A stretch of 55,964 bases of DNA, the filler included, from Sphacelaria rigidula (lineage: Eukaryota): the NCBI GenBank assembly GCA_964200075.2. It is 4 parts of 4 records of this genome, joined end to end, with 100 filler letters (N's around TTAATTAATTAA, not from the genome) between each part and the next. Parts side by side here need not be neighbours in the genome. Positions count along the whole stretch, not along the records: positions 1 to 13,918 come from CAXNAA020002588.1; positions 14,019 to 27,934 come from CAXNAA020002589.1; 2 more parts are not named here. The stretch is one strand, 5' to 3'. Below the pieces are notes generated by a model, which saw nothing but the letters and a program-made list of their open reading frames with translations, did not search any database and was not told where the DNA came from. Each line of letters starts with the position of its first letter. Position 1 is the stretch's first letter. This document shows positions 11,900-23,390 of this stretch, in pieces. The translations under genes were made by a program, and so were the position numbers.

Positions 11900-13400
11900 T
11901 TCGTGTTCTGAAATTTACCCAAGCTAGAGACAGCCTGGCGGAAAGAGACAAAAAAAAATCGTCGTTCCGAAATTCACCGACCCTTGCAAATATCTTGGGC
12001 ATAGACCGCAATTTACCATAAAATAGACGGCCAGGACAGAGACACTACAATAAAATTCTGCTTTTAAATTCACCGAACCCCGGGAAATTGAATCCAAAGA
12101 ACACAGAAAGGCCGACGAAAAAAGCGCCTGCGAAAGGCTGCAAACAGGTAACAACGACCACAGCGTCCATGATCGTTGTTGATTGAAATCATATTAATAT
12201 TACGCACGCACATGCCGCGCTTGCACGAGTCAGACGCGCATGGGGCCAGGAAATATAATGGCGTTACCGTTTGAACGTCATGTGTTATTCATAAACAATA
12301 AAGGCTGCGATTGCCAAATAATGAGCAACCCAGAAAGAGACATGAAAACAATAAAACTGCCTGTCAAAGATTCACCGAACTCCGAGAGGTGAAAACATTT
12401 GTTTTGTTGTTGCTTACGCTCTCACTCATTGGACGCCTACGCTGCAAGGAAAACTAATCGCGTTACCGCTTCAACTTGAGTGTGTTGCACATGAACAGCC
12501 ATATATGGCCCAAAGAAAACTCCAGACCGAAGGAAACATAGACGCTTTTTTTGCGTTTTGGTCGTGTGTTCCCGTTTTTCAGCATCAAAACATCAGGACC
12601 ACCAGTCCAATTTACCAAAAAATAGACGGCCGGGACAGACAAAAAAATTGGGCTCCAAAATTCACCGAACCCCGGGAGATCGGCTGTTTAATTCACCGAA
12701 CCCCGAACCCCGGGGAATCAAATCTAAGGAACACAGGAAGGGCGACGAAAAAAGCGCCGTACGGATGGCTGCAAACAGGTAGCAACAAACATAGCGTCTA
12801 TGATTATTGTTGATTGAAATGGATGCGAAGAAAGGCCTGCGAAAAAAGCGCCGGGCGGTAAGCTGCAATTTTTCATTGTTCATGCTTACGCTCCCACTGA
12901 TTGAAGGCCTACGCTGAAAGGAAAACTAATCGCGTTACCGCTTCAACGTGAGTGTGTTGCACATATACTTGGGCCAACGTGGAATCCTGTCCTCGTCTAA
13001 GATGAACGGTGATGGAAAATCATTGCACAACCTGATCATCAACCTTGCGTGATTATGTGTTTCGCGCAATACAGCCACACATCTACAGCAACATGGTCCA
13101 AAGAAAACTCTAGCCCGAAGGGAACAGATACGCTCTTCTTGCGTTCTGCAGTCTCGTGTCACTTGTGTTCATCGCGTGTATGCATGTATAGTTGAAATTG
13201 CCGTTTCTCAGAATCAAATTTCCGTTTTTCATAATCAAAGTGTCTGATCCACCATCAGGGCTCCGCGTATTGCCTGTTACGCGCATACTTTCAGGCACTG
13301 ACTGCTTGGATCGAAGGTCGAATCTCGTCCTCGTCGAACGTGAACGGTGATGGGAAAATATTGCACTATCTCATCAAGCGTTCGAGAATGAAAAATGTCG
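11900..13400. repeat. Mosaic of local direct duplications with AAATTCACCGAACCCCG motif
   Basis: About 12010-12190 resembles 12608-12820; 12415-12495 resembles 12883-12965; 12985-13040 resembles 13325-13378. The TTCACCGA(A)C motif recurs at about 11973, 12070, 12371, 12661 and 12692. Confidence 0.75.
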
Positions 13401-13719
13401 TATTCAGACTCAAGAAAGTTCTGAGAAAATTCATGGTCTGGGGCAGATGAGCAGTGGTGAGCAGTAGACCCAGCTCGTCCAGAAAGTGTTTTGATCTAAA
13501 ATCAGCTGAAAGGCGTCGATTTGAGCTCTGGCAACGCACACTTTCCCCAGGGAACACTCTGCACCCCCTTGCCCGAGGGTTCTCGGTATGCCTTGGTCGG
13601 GGTTGGGGTTAGCGTGAGAATTGGCGGCATCCCCATAGCACCAACCATTGTTCACGTACATTTTCTCAGGTCGCCTCCTGCAGTCTGGTGTCACCTGTGT
13701 TCATCGCGTGTATGCATGT

Positions 13720-13811
13720 TATTATTATTAATATTAATATTATTATTATTATTTCCGCACATTAGTCCGATCTCGCGAACCCGTGGTCACAGACGTAGGC
13801 TCGCCTTTCCA
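13720..13811 (-). mobile_element. Short 5'-truncated LINE/SINE 3'-end insertion with (TAA)n tail
   Basis: (TTA)n run followed by ...CGAACCCGTGGTCACAGACGTAGGCTCG, which also occurs at about 55495-55525. Flanked by near-identical 8-mers ATGCATGT / ATACATGT. An empty paralogous site lies at 13163-13200. Confidence 0.7.
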
Positions 13812-13918
13812 ATACATGTACAGTTGTAATTTACGTTTTTCAGAATCAAAGTGTCGGGAGTCATCCTACGATAGGGGGGGGGGTATTTGGTTGCACGAAA
13901 AAAGAGGCTCATAAGTGT

Positions 13919-14018
13919 NNNNNNNNNNNNNNNNNNNNNNNNNNNNNNNNNNNNNNNNNNNNTTAATTAATTAANNNNNNNNNNNNNNNNNNNNNNNNNN
14001 NNNNNNNNNNNNNNNNNN
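13919..14018. other. Artificial assembly gap linker (44N + TTAATTAATTAA + 44N)
   Basis: Identical 100-bp construct occurs three times. The 12-mer has stop codons in all six frames. Confidence 0.97.
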
Positions 14019-14024
14019 GCATTT

Positions 14025-14058
<34 letters not shown>

Positions 14059-15016
14059 CACCCCTCCCTCTCTTCAGGACACGTTCGCAGCCTCAAAGGA
14101 TCAACGCATCTATCCTATTATCGGACCGTACTTGCCTGACAACTCGCTGTTGAGCATTCCAGGAGCACTTTAGTAGGTCGCCAACTTTTGTTGAATGTTT
14201 ATCAGCCCACACTTCGCCGCTTCGCACGATGGAAACTAGAAAATGTACAAGTACTGTCGGGATTCGAACCTTTAATCGGCTCGAACTGACTGATGACGTG
14301 GTAGTTGACCAGCGATGTCATGTGGGTGCTCTTGTAGCTCTATCCGAGTAGTCGTGTTCCCATGATGGCATGATGTACCGGAGCATTCAACACTCCAAGC
14401 TCTCCATCTCTTTACGCAGCACTCTAACATATGCAGTACAGTCAGCGCTGCGCTGGAATGCGGTGTATGCTACACCCTACGTGTTACTTTCAATCACCCC
14501 GGGATATTATCCAGTGTCATCCACGGGGCAGTTACGAGTGGGTTGGCGGAGGTGGAGGTTGACGTTCATCTTGGTACCATGCCGGTGTCTACAGCCTTGC
14601 ACCGAGATACGCTGTATAGCAGCCCCTGAGTAAAACCACCCTCGGGTGATGAATTTTGAGCTTCCCAAGGATTCGTTGCCTTGGGACGTTATATACTATG
14701 TACACGACGGTGCTGTGTTTCGTACCTTGGCAGCGATCAAGTGTACGGTATTTTTTGCACCATATCGATATCTACAGTCAGTAGTGTATGGAGACACGTC
14801 GTGTAACACGCGTCGAATAACACTTGCGGGGGATGATTGCTTGGGTCCCTTACATCGTCACCGGCGTGGATGTTACTGTGCAGCCTATGGTGCTGTCCCT
14901 TTCACAGAGCCAGCATGTTGACGACGAGGGAGCCTTGGGTATTTCTTGCCCCATATCGGTATCTTCAGTGTTGCGCCATACACGTGGTTTATCGCTTCCC
15001 TGAATAATTAGTACCC

Positions 15017-15217
15017 CCGGATAATGAAACCCCAGACGGAGAAACAGGACGGGGATAAGATATGTGAAAGGGTTTTGTGTAATGTATGGAAGGAACGTAA
15101 TGAACGCCGCAATGTTGGAGGTGTCTCTAATAGGAGTAGGAACGGTGCTCCGTCTCGAAAAGGGATGCGTGGTCAATGGTCAAACGACTAAGGCAGGCAA
15201 AAAATGAGTACACCCCG
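15017..15217 (+). repeat. Dispersed repeat family with sharp GAGTAYRCCCCC end, copy 1
   Basis: GGAGTAGGAACGGTGCTCCGTCTCGAAA.GGGATGCGTGGTCAATGGTCAAACGACTAAGGCA core is shared with copies ending near 18170, 27426, 28301 and (minus strand) 37233. Followed by a (CCCCGT)n microsatellite to about 15256. Confidence 0.85.
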
Positions 15218-15823
15218 CCGTCCCCGTCCCCGTCCCCGTCCCCGTCCCCGTCCCCACGGATAATAAGTTCGTGAGTCCCAAATATATATCACCACGGGAG
15301 TGTTACACTGTGTGATCTATGGCGATGCTATTGGTGGGTTGCATAACCGTGGTAGCCCAAGCTTCGTCATTTGCAAGTTTGCCGTTTTGTAAAGGGCGTT
15401 CTGGTAGCAGAAGTGTAAGATTGGGAAGCTTGGACATCTCCGGAGACAAAACAAAGTTTCGCAAGCCGGGCATGCGCACAACGGTTGAATATTCCCGGCA
15501 AAACAAACATTAATTCCGAAAGCCAAGGATGGTCGCTCAGTTTTTTTTCCCCTGATGTTCATGGGGCACCTCTCTCCCCCTTCCCATTCCCACCACCCAA
15601 GGACTCTCTGTTGGCTCTCCATTTTCCTGAAGGGAGTCACGCTATGCACTGAGTGTATGAAGCATCATATCGCAGGGGATCCCCTCCGTATTCGTTGCAT
15701 GATCGATTTCATCAACTAGCGTTGAAAACACCGTGATGCTTTCTTCGGGGAGCACCTCAAGAGCCCTGCACCGTTAAACATCACGACCCTCGGTGTCTTG
15801 TGTTCCTACGCATATTTATTTAG

Positions 15824-17674
15824 GTGAACCAGGCAACAAGCGCACTGCTTCTTCCCTTCTTCTATCCACCATACCGGACGCAGCGGTCACGTCCTCCGTC
15901 TCAGGACCTCCGTCAGCGCTCTACCCGCGACGTCTGGACCTCCGGAGTACGTCGGCGACCATCCACTTCCTCCATAGATCCTGAGCGTACACCCATCGGG
16001 AAATTCCCTGTCTATAATTTCGACGACAGTCAGCGCCCGGCTTATCTTTCGCTGAAGTTGTACGAGGATAGTGGTGCTGGAGAAAGCGCCAAGGTCGATG
16101 GTGTTGTTTTGTCGGGACAGTCGGGCACGGGCGATGACGGGCGAGGTGGCAGTGGTGTCGGCGGTGTTCGGTTTGGTATCGCTGAAGTTAGTGTTAGTCG
16201 TGTCGACAGTTATAAGGGAGTTCGGCGCGCGCTGCTTTATGATGCAAGCCTGGTGCTCGGGGTGCCTCCCGATCGGATTGCCGAGGACGTGGAGATGTGG
16301 GTTCGCGAGCCAAAGCTGGGGGGCACGACGACCGGAGTGTTGGCGGGTGGAGACGGAGCAAGTGCGGCTGCCGGGATTATGGCACCGAGGTACCACAAAC
16401 GTCGTCCAATAGTCGCAGCAAACCACCCTGCGATTCCCACGAGCGAGTCTTGGTGGCCTCAATGGACGCACAAGGTGAGCTTGCCGACGCTACGGGAGTT
16501 AACGTCACCGCGGTCTCCTGCGTTTAGGGAGTATTTTACTGGTGTGTATTTCGACCGACTCGGGCTGGAGAGGGCGAGGCGTAAGGACGCGAGTAAACTT
16601 GAGGTCATGATGGGAGATGTTATCGGGCGGCGGATAGACCATCATCGCCGAGACGAATATTGGGTTGCATTTGAGGCCAGCGTTCGGTACCGGCTACAGC
16701 GTGAAGGAAGACTCCCGATGAACAGTGGTACTTCTTGGTTTGAGGCCGAAGTGACTCGCGAAGTCGCCCGACATGAAGAATCTGCGTCTGAAGCGGCCTC
16801 GGCGGCCTTGTTAACCTGGCAAGCAGAGGGGTCCCCCGGCCGCGAGGAGTTTAACGAGAGCCGGGGTGCTATGGGTAAGAACGACGCATTGATCTTGGGC
16901 GGTGGTGGTTTGTCGGGTGTCATTCATTCGAACGATGGTCGTCATGATCGCGATGGTGATGCGCGTGCCTCAAGAAGAGCAAAAGTCGAAGAGGAACAGA
17001 GGAAAGAGGGGGAACGGCGTAAGCGCCAACAACAACCAGACGGTGGCGGCAATAGCCGTGAGGGTGAGGACCGCGAATTCTGGCGAAGGGTCGACAGACT
17101 CATGTTGGAGCGGATGAGGCGCAGCAGTTATGTGGGACGTACGCTCTTGCGGTTGTACCACGAGACGGTCAAGGGGCACATTCGACTCATGGGCGGCAAT
17201 AGCTGGCCGGACCTGGTGAGGCTCTACGAGAGATTTTATTCCTCGGTATTGCAGTCCACTTTTCCCGAAGATTCACTCATGTTTCCTCGCGCCAACAAGA
17301 ACAACGACGACCATGCACGTCTTTCTTCTCCACCAAGCTCACCGGAGGATAAGCCCTTGGCAAATCATCGCGATGGCGATGTTGGGTCGAGGAATGTGGC
17401 GACCAAGGCCGCGATAGACCCGGAGTTACTCAGTAGTGGGGACAACAACGAGGGCGAATCCGGCGGTGACACGGGTGACGAATCGGATGGCCATCCAGGA
17501 CTTGGATGGATCTCGATCATGTCGAAACTTGACATAGAGAAGTGGACCTTTGGATGGAAGGGGTATTTCCCCGTTGTTCCGGGTACCGCTGGGATCAACT
17601 CCCTCGAGGTGAGTGATGACCCAGAAAGGACGCAAAATTGCATCGACTCCCCCTCCCCTCCTCCTCCCCCTTAA
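15824..17674 (+). CDS. Large (probably terminal) exon of an uncharacterised protein, 616 codons
   Basis: Uninterrupted 1851-bp GC-rich ORF. It starts immediately after a T-rich tract plus TAG (acceptor at 15822-15823) and has no ATG at its start. Ordered W/Y/R-rich blocks alternate with low-complexity linkers. No family recognised. Confidence 0.8.
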   Translation: MNQATSALLLPFFYPPYRTQRSRPPSQDLRQRSTRDVWTSGVRRRPSTSSIDPERTPIGKFPVYNFDDSQRPAYLSLKLYEDSGAGESAKVDGVVLSGQSGTGDDGRGGSGVGGVRFGIAEVSVSRVDSYKGVRRALLYDASLVLGVPPDRIAEDVEMWVREPKLGGTTTGVLAGGDGASAAAGIMAPRYHKRRPIVAANHPAIPTSESWWPQWTHKVSLPTLRELTSPRSPAFREYFTGVYFDRLGLERARRKDASKLEVMMGDVIGRRIDHHRRDEYWVAFEASVRYRLQREGRLPMNSGTSWFEAEVTREVARHEESASEAASAALLTWQAEGSPGREEFNESRGAMGKNDALILGGGGLSGVIHSNDGRHDRDGDARASRRAKVEEEQRKEGERRKRQQQPDGGGNSREGEDREFWRRVDRLMLERMRRSSYVGRTLLRLYHETVKGHIRLMGGNSWPDLVRLYERFYSSVLQSTFPEDSLMFPRANKNNDDHARLSSPPSSPEDKPLANHRDGDVGSRNVATKAAIDPELLSSGDNNEGESGGDTGDESDGHPGLGWISIMSKLDIEKWTFGWKGYFPVVPGTAGINSLEVSDDPERTQNCIDSPSPPPPP

Positions 17675-17894
17675 AAAAAAACAGAAGGTTTTTCGAAGCT
17701 TAGTGCACCTGATCAACAGATACGACGGGACGAAACTGAAGTACTTCAATGTCGGTGAGGGCAAACGATAGGAAGCGATCCCGAAGAAGAGCGCCCCGAG
17801 CTGATTTTCGTGTGGGCGTGCGTGATGAGATATCATGTCTTTTTCAACAACAAAAAAACGCACCCCGTGAAATGACTTCCACTCTTTTGCTTGT

Positions 17895-18170
17895 GCTGAC
17901 GGAGGTGGCATGAAATCGTTTGGTACAACAGATAATTGCGAGAAAATGATCGCCGTGCTAGGAGGTAGATAATGGCCACAGACGGCGAAACAGGAACGGG
18001 GTGAGGCATGTACAAGATTTTCGTGTAAAATATATATAATGGAGGAAGCGTAGTATGCGCTCAAATGTTGGGGATGTCTCTTCCAGGAGTAGAAATGATG
18101 CCCCGTCTCGAAAGGGATACGAGATCAACGACCAAATGACTAAGGCAGGTAACAAATGAGTACGCCCCCC
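17895..18170 (+). repeat. Dispersed repeat family, copy 2
   Basis: Same core and end (AAATGAGTACGCCCCC) as 15017-15217. Upstream GGCATGAAATCGT is shared with the 37233-37450 copy. Confidence 0.8.
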
Positions 18171-18289
18171 GTCCTCCGTTCCTCAGATACATACTCTTAC
18201 TCGACGACCGGAAATATGACAAGACTAGTTTGTTTTGGTTGAACTCTGTGCTCACGTCAGTGACTTCGAACCGCAGACTACACGGAACA

Positions 18290-18372
18290 TGGTTCCGGCG
18301 GTGTAATGGTTCGACTGTCACCATTAGGATGGAGAGAACAAGGGTTCAATTCCCGATGCGTTGCATTTTTTC
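18290..18372 (+). other. tRNA-like Pol III promoter relic (pseudo-tRNA or SINE head)
   Basis: GGTGTAATGG A box and GGGTTCAATTCCC B box at tRNA-like spacing, followed by a T run. No intact acceptor or anticodon stems. Confidence 0.45.
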
Positions 18373-19221
18373 TTCGTAGTATCTGATATCCACCGTGGAA
18401 AGCGTGAGAACGTGAGTAAACGAAGTAGTAGACTGAGTTTCTCTGGCGGGAGTCGACGCGATGCAGGAGTGCTTACACAGTCCGAGAGACCAGAATTAAA
18501 TGAGGCGTGTGCCGGGGGAGAGATTGGGTTGATCCCTCGAGACCACGGACTAGTCTCGCGGAAGAGGAGGGGTTCAAAGTGCGACAAATAAAATAAAAAT
18601 GGTAATCGAGGGTGGAGTTCATAAACAGAGAGGAGCTACCCTGAGGCGGGGAAGATTGCTGCTGGTGACGGCCAGCGGGTGAAATTGTTCGGGAACGAGG
18701 TCTGGCGACCAATGGTGTTGAGTAAGTGAACGAGGTTTTAGAAGAAGCTTTGCGGTGTGTGATTAAATCATTTCCGCCTCGCGTGGGTAGTCAAAACCGA
18801 TGAGCTCACGATTCCATGCCTTATTTTTCTGTCAATTTGTTACAGAGAGAGGGGCAAGGCAGGTCCCGATGAAAGCAAACTAAAGAATAGCATTTTTTTT
18901 TTTCGTGAAATAGAACATCAAGACTACGCAGAACACGTGTACGGACACAGCTAGGGACATCGCTAGGGTTGCAAGCCAAGAAAAGAAGTCAACATACGGT
19001 GAGATAAGGCATGGGTACGTCAATTTCCTGCTGCCCCCGCCTCTCCTACCCGTCCCTGGTGGGCTACAAAGCAAGTCAATGTGATGGGTGACAACGTAAA
19101 TATTATGTTCCGTAAGGGCGAGAAGTAGGTATGCAGCACCGTCGTACGTGCGTGGCTCGCCGGAGCTTCACGAGTGCTCTTCTCCTCTTTTTTTTTTTTT
19201 GCTACTTTTCACACGTCAGAC

Positions 19222-19800
19222 AGCTCATGAGCTAGCTCATCTGCGGGCCGTAGCTCACTTGTAGTCAAACATGTACATGTGAGCTACGTCCGATAGTTCA
19301 CCCAGGACAAATATGTGTAGCTCATGCAGCTCTCACAGATCACCCAGGGAGAATATGAGCTGATGAGCTACGGGTTGGTAGCTCATCCAAGGCAAACGTG
19401 ATGCAGCTCTCATAGCTCACCCAGACGAACATGAGCTGATGAGCTACAGGTTGGTAGCTCACCTATGGCAAACATGTGCAGCTCATACAGCTCCTATAGC
19501 TCACCTAGGGCGAATATGAGCTGATGAGCTACGGGTTGGTAGCTCACGTGGGGTAAGCATGTGTAGCTCATGTAGCTCTAATAGCTGACCAAGGGCAAAC
19601 ATGCGTAGATCACGCATCTCTCATAGCTGACCAAGGGGAAACATTTGCGGATGAGCTACGCTCGATAGCTCACCCAAGGCAAACATCCTCGCGCAGCTCT
19701 TATAGCTCACCTGGGGAAAACATGAGCGGATGAGGTAAGCCCGGTAGCTTACCCAGGGACATATGCTCGTGGCTCACTCACGTCATGTGCCTAGCTCGCC
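19222..19800. repeat. AGCT-rich degenerate array 1 (TAGCTCA / TGAGCTA modules)
   Basis: Repeated modules GAGCTGATGAGCTACGGGTTGGTAGCTCAC and GTAGCTCATGCAGCTCTCATAGCTCACCCAGGGCAAACATG. Confidence 0.9.
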
Positions 19801-20199
19801 GCTGACTAACCGGGTGTCGCTCATGATGTAACACATTTGTTGGAACGGATGGCGTCACAAATCATTACGTTGTGGTGTTTTGCCTCACTCTTCGCGATAG
19901 AAAGAAATCAAGTCAACGCAAATCTTCGTTGATTTCTGACTGAAGCACCGCTAGAGCTGCCGCCCCCCGCGGTCGCCATGCAGGGCGAATTGTGTGTGTG
20001 TGGTTGTGTGTGGGTCTATGGTTGTGTGTGTCTGGTGGCTATGATACGGATGACTTCTGATGCAGCCATGTAGATGTTTACAAAAAGCAAATCCATCGCT
20101 ACACGAAACGGAACACAGGTGTGTGCACATCTAACCGCCGTCACGTATGTACAATATCAACGTGCATGAGCATCGGAACAGAAAAAAACTCCAAGATCG

Positions 20200-20568
20200 G
20201 CGTAGCTTCCCCAGCTCTTTAGCTCAACCAGGGCAATCATGCGTAGCTTATGTAGCTCTCATAGCTTACCCAGGGCAAAAATGTACGGATGAGGTACGTC
20301 CGGTAGGTCACCCAGGGCAAACATGTGTAGCTCATGCATCTCTCATAGCTCATCCAGGGCAAACATGCGTAGCTCATGCAGCTCTCGAAGCGCACCCAGG
20401 ACGAATGTGAACTGATGAGCTACGGGTTGGTAGCTCACCTATCGCAGACCTGTGTAGCTCATACAGCTCTCATAGCTCACCCAGGACGAATATGAGCTGA
20501 TGAGCTACGGGTTGGTAGCTCACGTAGGACAAACATGCGTAGTTCATACAGCTCTCGTAGCTCACCCC
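20200..20568. repeat. AGCT-rich degenerate array 2
   Basis: Same modules and orientation as 19222-19800. Ends in a poly-C run. Confidence 0.9.
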
Positions 20569-20581
20569 CTCCCCCCCCCCA

Positions 20582-20968
20582 TGGATCCAACCATCCGCCT
20601 GTCCTTCTCCTTCCTGTACAATCGTCTTGACGAACTACAACGTTTTGGACACCTTATCGTCGCAGATTTTCATGGACACCGTTCAGGGCTGTGTCTACGT
20701 CTTTCTTTTCTGCAACGTGGTGGTCTTCTTCTACTGCTACGTACAAGCAGTTGTGCAGCACCTGGACACGGATTTCATCGGCTGCTTCTTGCCGTCGAAC
20801 CGAGGAGGCCCTGTGAGGAGAGAAGTGGCTGGTGCCCACCCTGTGGCGATAGCTGGAGGACTCTGGGACAGGGGGGTTGGTATAGTAGGAGGCGGTTTGG
20901 ACGGGGGGGGAGGTGCTGCGGGGGGCGCGGCGCTCGAACGCGACTTGCAATTCGTGATGGATCTCAAG
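20582..20968 (+). CDS. MARCH6/DOA10-like E3 ligase, exon A (5' boundary uncertain)
   Basis: QIFMDTVQGCVYVFLFCNVVVFFY resembles the DOA10/SUD1 early TM segment (ILTDCLHG...). It ends ...LQFVMDLK at AAG|GCGAGT (GC donor, phase 0), in frame with the next exon. Confidence 0.55.
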
Positions 20969-22752
20969 GCGAGTTTTGTGTACTCGTTTCCGACGGGTGA
21001 TGTTATGTCGAGTGCCCCCCCCAACCTGTTGCGCCGTGCTCCACCGGTCACATGGGGAACAAGAGAGATCCGTCGACATCAGGCGTGGTCGCCTCGGGGT
21101 CTCTTGCTTGTCTTACCGACAGAAGGGTTTTCTGTAACATTTTCGTCTCCTTAGCTAGGGTCCATGTATTTTCAGGTTCTCATTATGCGCATTGGATAAT
21201 ATGGTAGCCACATGCATGTGGGATGTTCACGAAGGTGTACGGGGTACGGTTAGTTGGCAGAGGTGAACTTGTCGCAAGCTTGAACCAGCACATGAACTTC
21301 TGCGCACGCTGGGTGAGTACTTCGGACCGTCTCAGGCCCCCATAAAGAGCCGAGTATTATGGTCCGCCCTTAGAACAACTATGCTTCGACAATGAAGTCC
21401 TTCGGCGATGAGCTCGCGTGATTTCGAGTTGTCCTACAACGTACGGTATCTGCTTTGAGCGTGAGGGATCGTTTGGCTAACTTTTTTTTAGTGTCATTAT
21501 GTTGACCGATAATGTATACATATTGCCATGTTTTGTTGCTGTCGTTGTTGTATATTTGTGTATCTCTGTGCAGAGGTAATTGAAGTGGAGGATAGTTCAT
21601 GCACAACGGTAGTTCCTCGTTGTCTCGGCTGTTGATAACCTGGGAACGTTGGAGCAGTTAGTGCTGCAAATTCCCCGGGAAGAAATTGTACCCGATTGGT
21701 GGGAGTCCACGCGAACTACGTCGACCTTTAATGGTGGCGAAACCCTCTTTTGTACTCTGTCGGGTTTAGGTCGTCGGGCACATTTTCTTTCAAATATTAA
21801 TCTTCGACCAGCTGGCGGAGGATCAAATGAACGTGTAGTGATATTAACCCTTTTGGAATCCATTGACGATTTCTGTTTCTGTGAATCGGCATCATCTTCA
21901 GTCATTTTCAAGTCAGAACGATTCTGATTCACAAAAACAAGAATCGTCAGTGGGTTCCAATAGGGTTACGGCTGAAGTGAACTCAAAATGCTGTATCCGT
22001 TAAATGTGGAAGTATGGCGCTACTCGTGCACGATCACAGGTACGCATGTTGTATTACCGGTCATACTACAACGTGAATGCTTTTGCCTGTTGCAAATCAG
22101 GGCATGCTGCTTCTATTGTAGTCGTACGTTACTGGGCAGATCGACTGGGCGCTGTCGTTGCCACTGTGTGGGGCGCGAAATTAGAAAGGATGCAGTGTTT
22201 GATTTTGTTTACAGTAGTGGGCGGTCTAACGATTCACGAGTGTTTTGGGGTTTTCCTCGCTTACTACTATTCGATAAAACTCGAAATTGCTAGCGTCGGG
22301 AGATTTTGGTACAATAAACAGATCATCCTCGAAACACAGTCCCCAAGCCAGTGTTGGTTGGTGTTATCGGGCGATACGAGCAAATACCCTGTGCATCAGG
22401 CGGGTGTTATTGACCATGAAACACAGGTTCTCGGCTCTAGTGCAATGAGAGAATTAAAAAAATAAACTGCTCATTTCTTCACAAATATCATTGGGACAGG
22501 CTCGATCGACCGAAAACACCGAAGAGTAAGAATCTGGGCTGAAACGTGGCAGGTCTCTCGATGACCGGTCAGCCCGTAAGTCACTCAATATTGAGTACAA
22601 ATGATTTTCTTGAAATGCGGAGCGGTGGCGAGCGTAAAGAGCCCAAGGAAATCGTAAAATACGAAAAAAGTAATAAAATGCCACAAAATGAAAAGTTAGA
22701 CCGCCCACCACTGTAAGTTATCCTTAATTCCCCCGATGAAAATCCTGCTCAG

Positions 22753-22904
22753 GTGTTCACCATGGGCATGCTGGAGCTGTTCTTTCTTCCGGTGTGGGTC
22801 GGCATGTTTGTGGATATTTTCTCCCTGCCGCTGCTGGCGTCCACGCTCGAAGCACGGGTGGCTTGGGCTCTGGCGAACCCGGTCTCGTCGGCCACCTTGC
22901 ACTG
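22753..22904 (+). CDS. MARCH6/DOA10-like, TEB4-Doa10 (TD) domain exon B
   Basis: ctcag| ... |gtgagg. Encodes VFTMGMLELFFLPVWVGMFVDIFSLPLLASTLEARVAWALANPVSSATLH(W), matching the TD pattern ELxxxPxxxGxxxD...R...P..S..xHW. Confidence 0.8.
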
Positions 22905-23269
22905 GTGAGGGGTCAACCTGCTGTTACTTTCTTGTCGTCCTTTGCCCCCTTTCCCGCCCTGCCCTCCCCTCTCCCTGTCTTTATCTGACATCCCTATTTA
23001 TCTCCCCTTCTATGTATCTCTCTCTGTCTCTCCATGCGTCTGTCACCTTGTTGTGTGCCTTCCGTTTTCCCTCTGTCAACCCTCATTTCCGTGTCCGGCT
23101 CCGTCTCTATCTTGTCCGTGGTGCGGTTCAGCCATTCTCTATCTGTATCTCTACTTGTCTGTCTTATCCCCATCTGCTCTTCCCGCCGAACCAATGTTCC
23201 TGTAGATCTAATGTTGTTGTGATCTACCACTGACGCCCTGCGCTCCATTTTTGTTGCCCCCCTGATCAG

Positions 23270-23390
23270 GGGCGCTGGGTCAATGGCTGTAGGCATCGTG
23301 GGCTGCATAGGCAGGGAGGTGCGGCGCGCGCTGAGGCCTAATCTGCTCCCGGAGTGGGCCAACAGGCCTCCAGAGCACGGGTTGGAAGAG
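23270..23390 (+). CDS. MARCH6/DOA10-like, TD domain exon C
   Basis: gatcag| acceptor completes the split TG|G codon. Encodes GAGSMAVGIVGCIGREVRRALRPNLL (cf. W..G...R.VLRPG.L). Donor |gtgaag, phase 0. Confidence 0.75.

Noticed and set aside
13963..13974. TTAATTAATTAA palindromic motif recurring three times
   Set aside because: Always centred in 44N+44N, so it is an assembly linker. Adjacency across these gaps is not guaranteed.
14078..14175. Possible terminal exon after a poly-pyrimidine/CAG acceptor
   Set aside because: Short, with no recognisable homology to SPCS3 or anything else.
19355..20525. Hammerhead ribozymes (CTGATGAG followed by a hairpin, repeated)
   Set aside because: The stem after CUGAUGA is followed by TCA, not the obligatory GAAA, and no stems I/III are evident.
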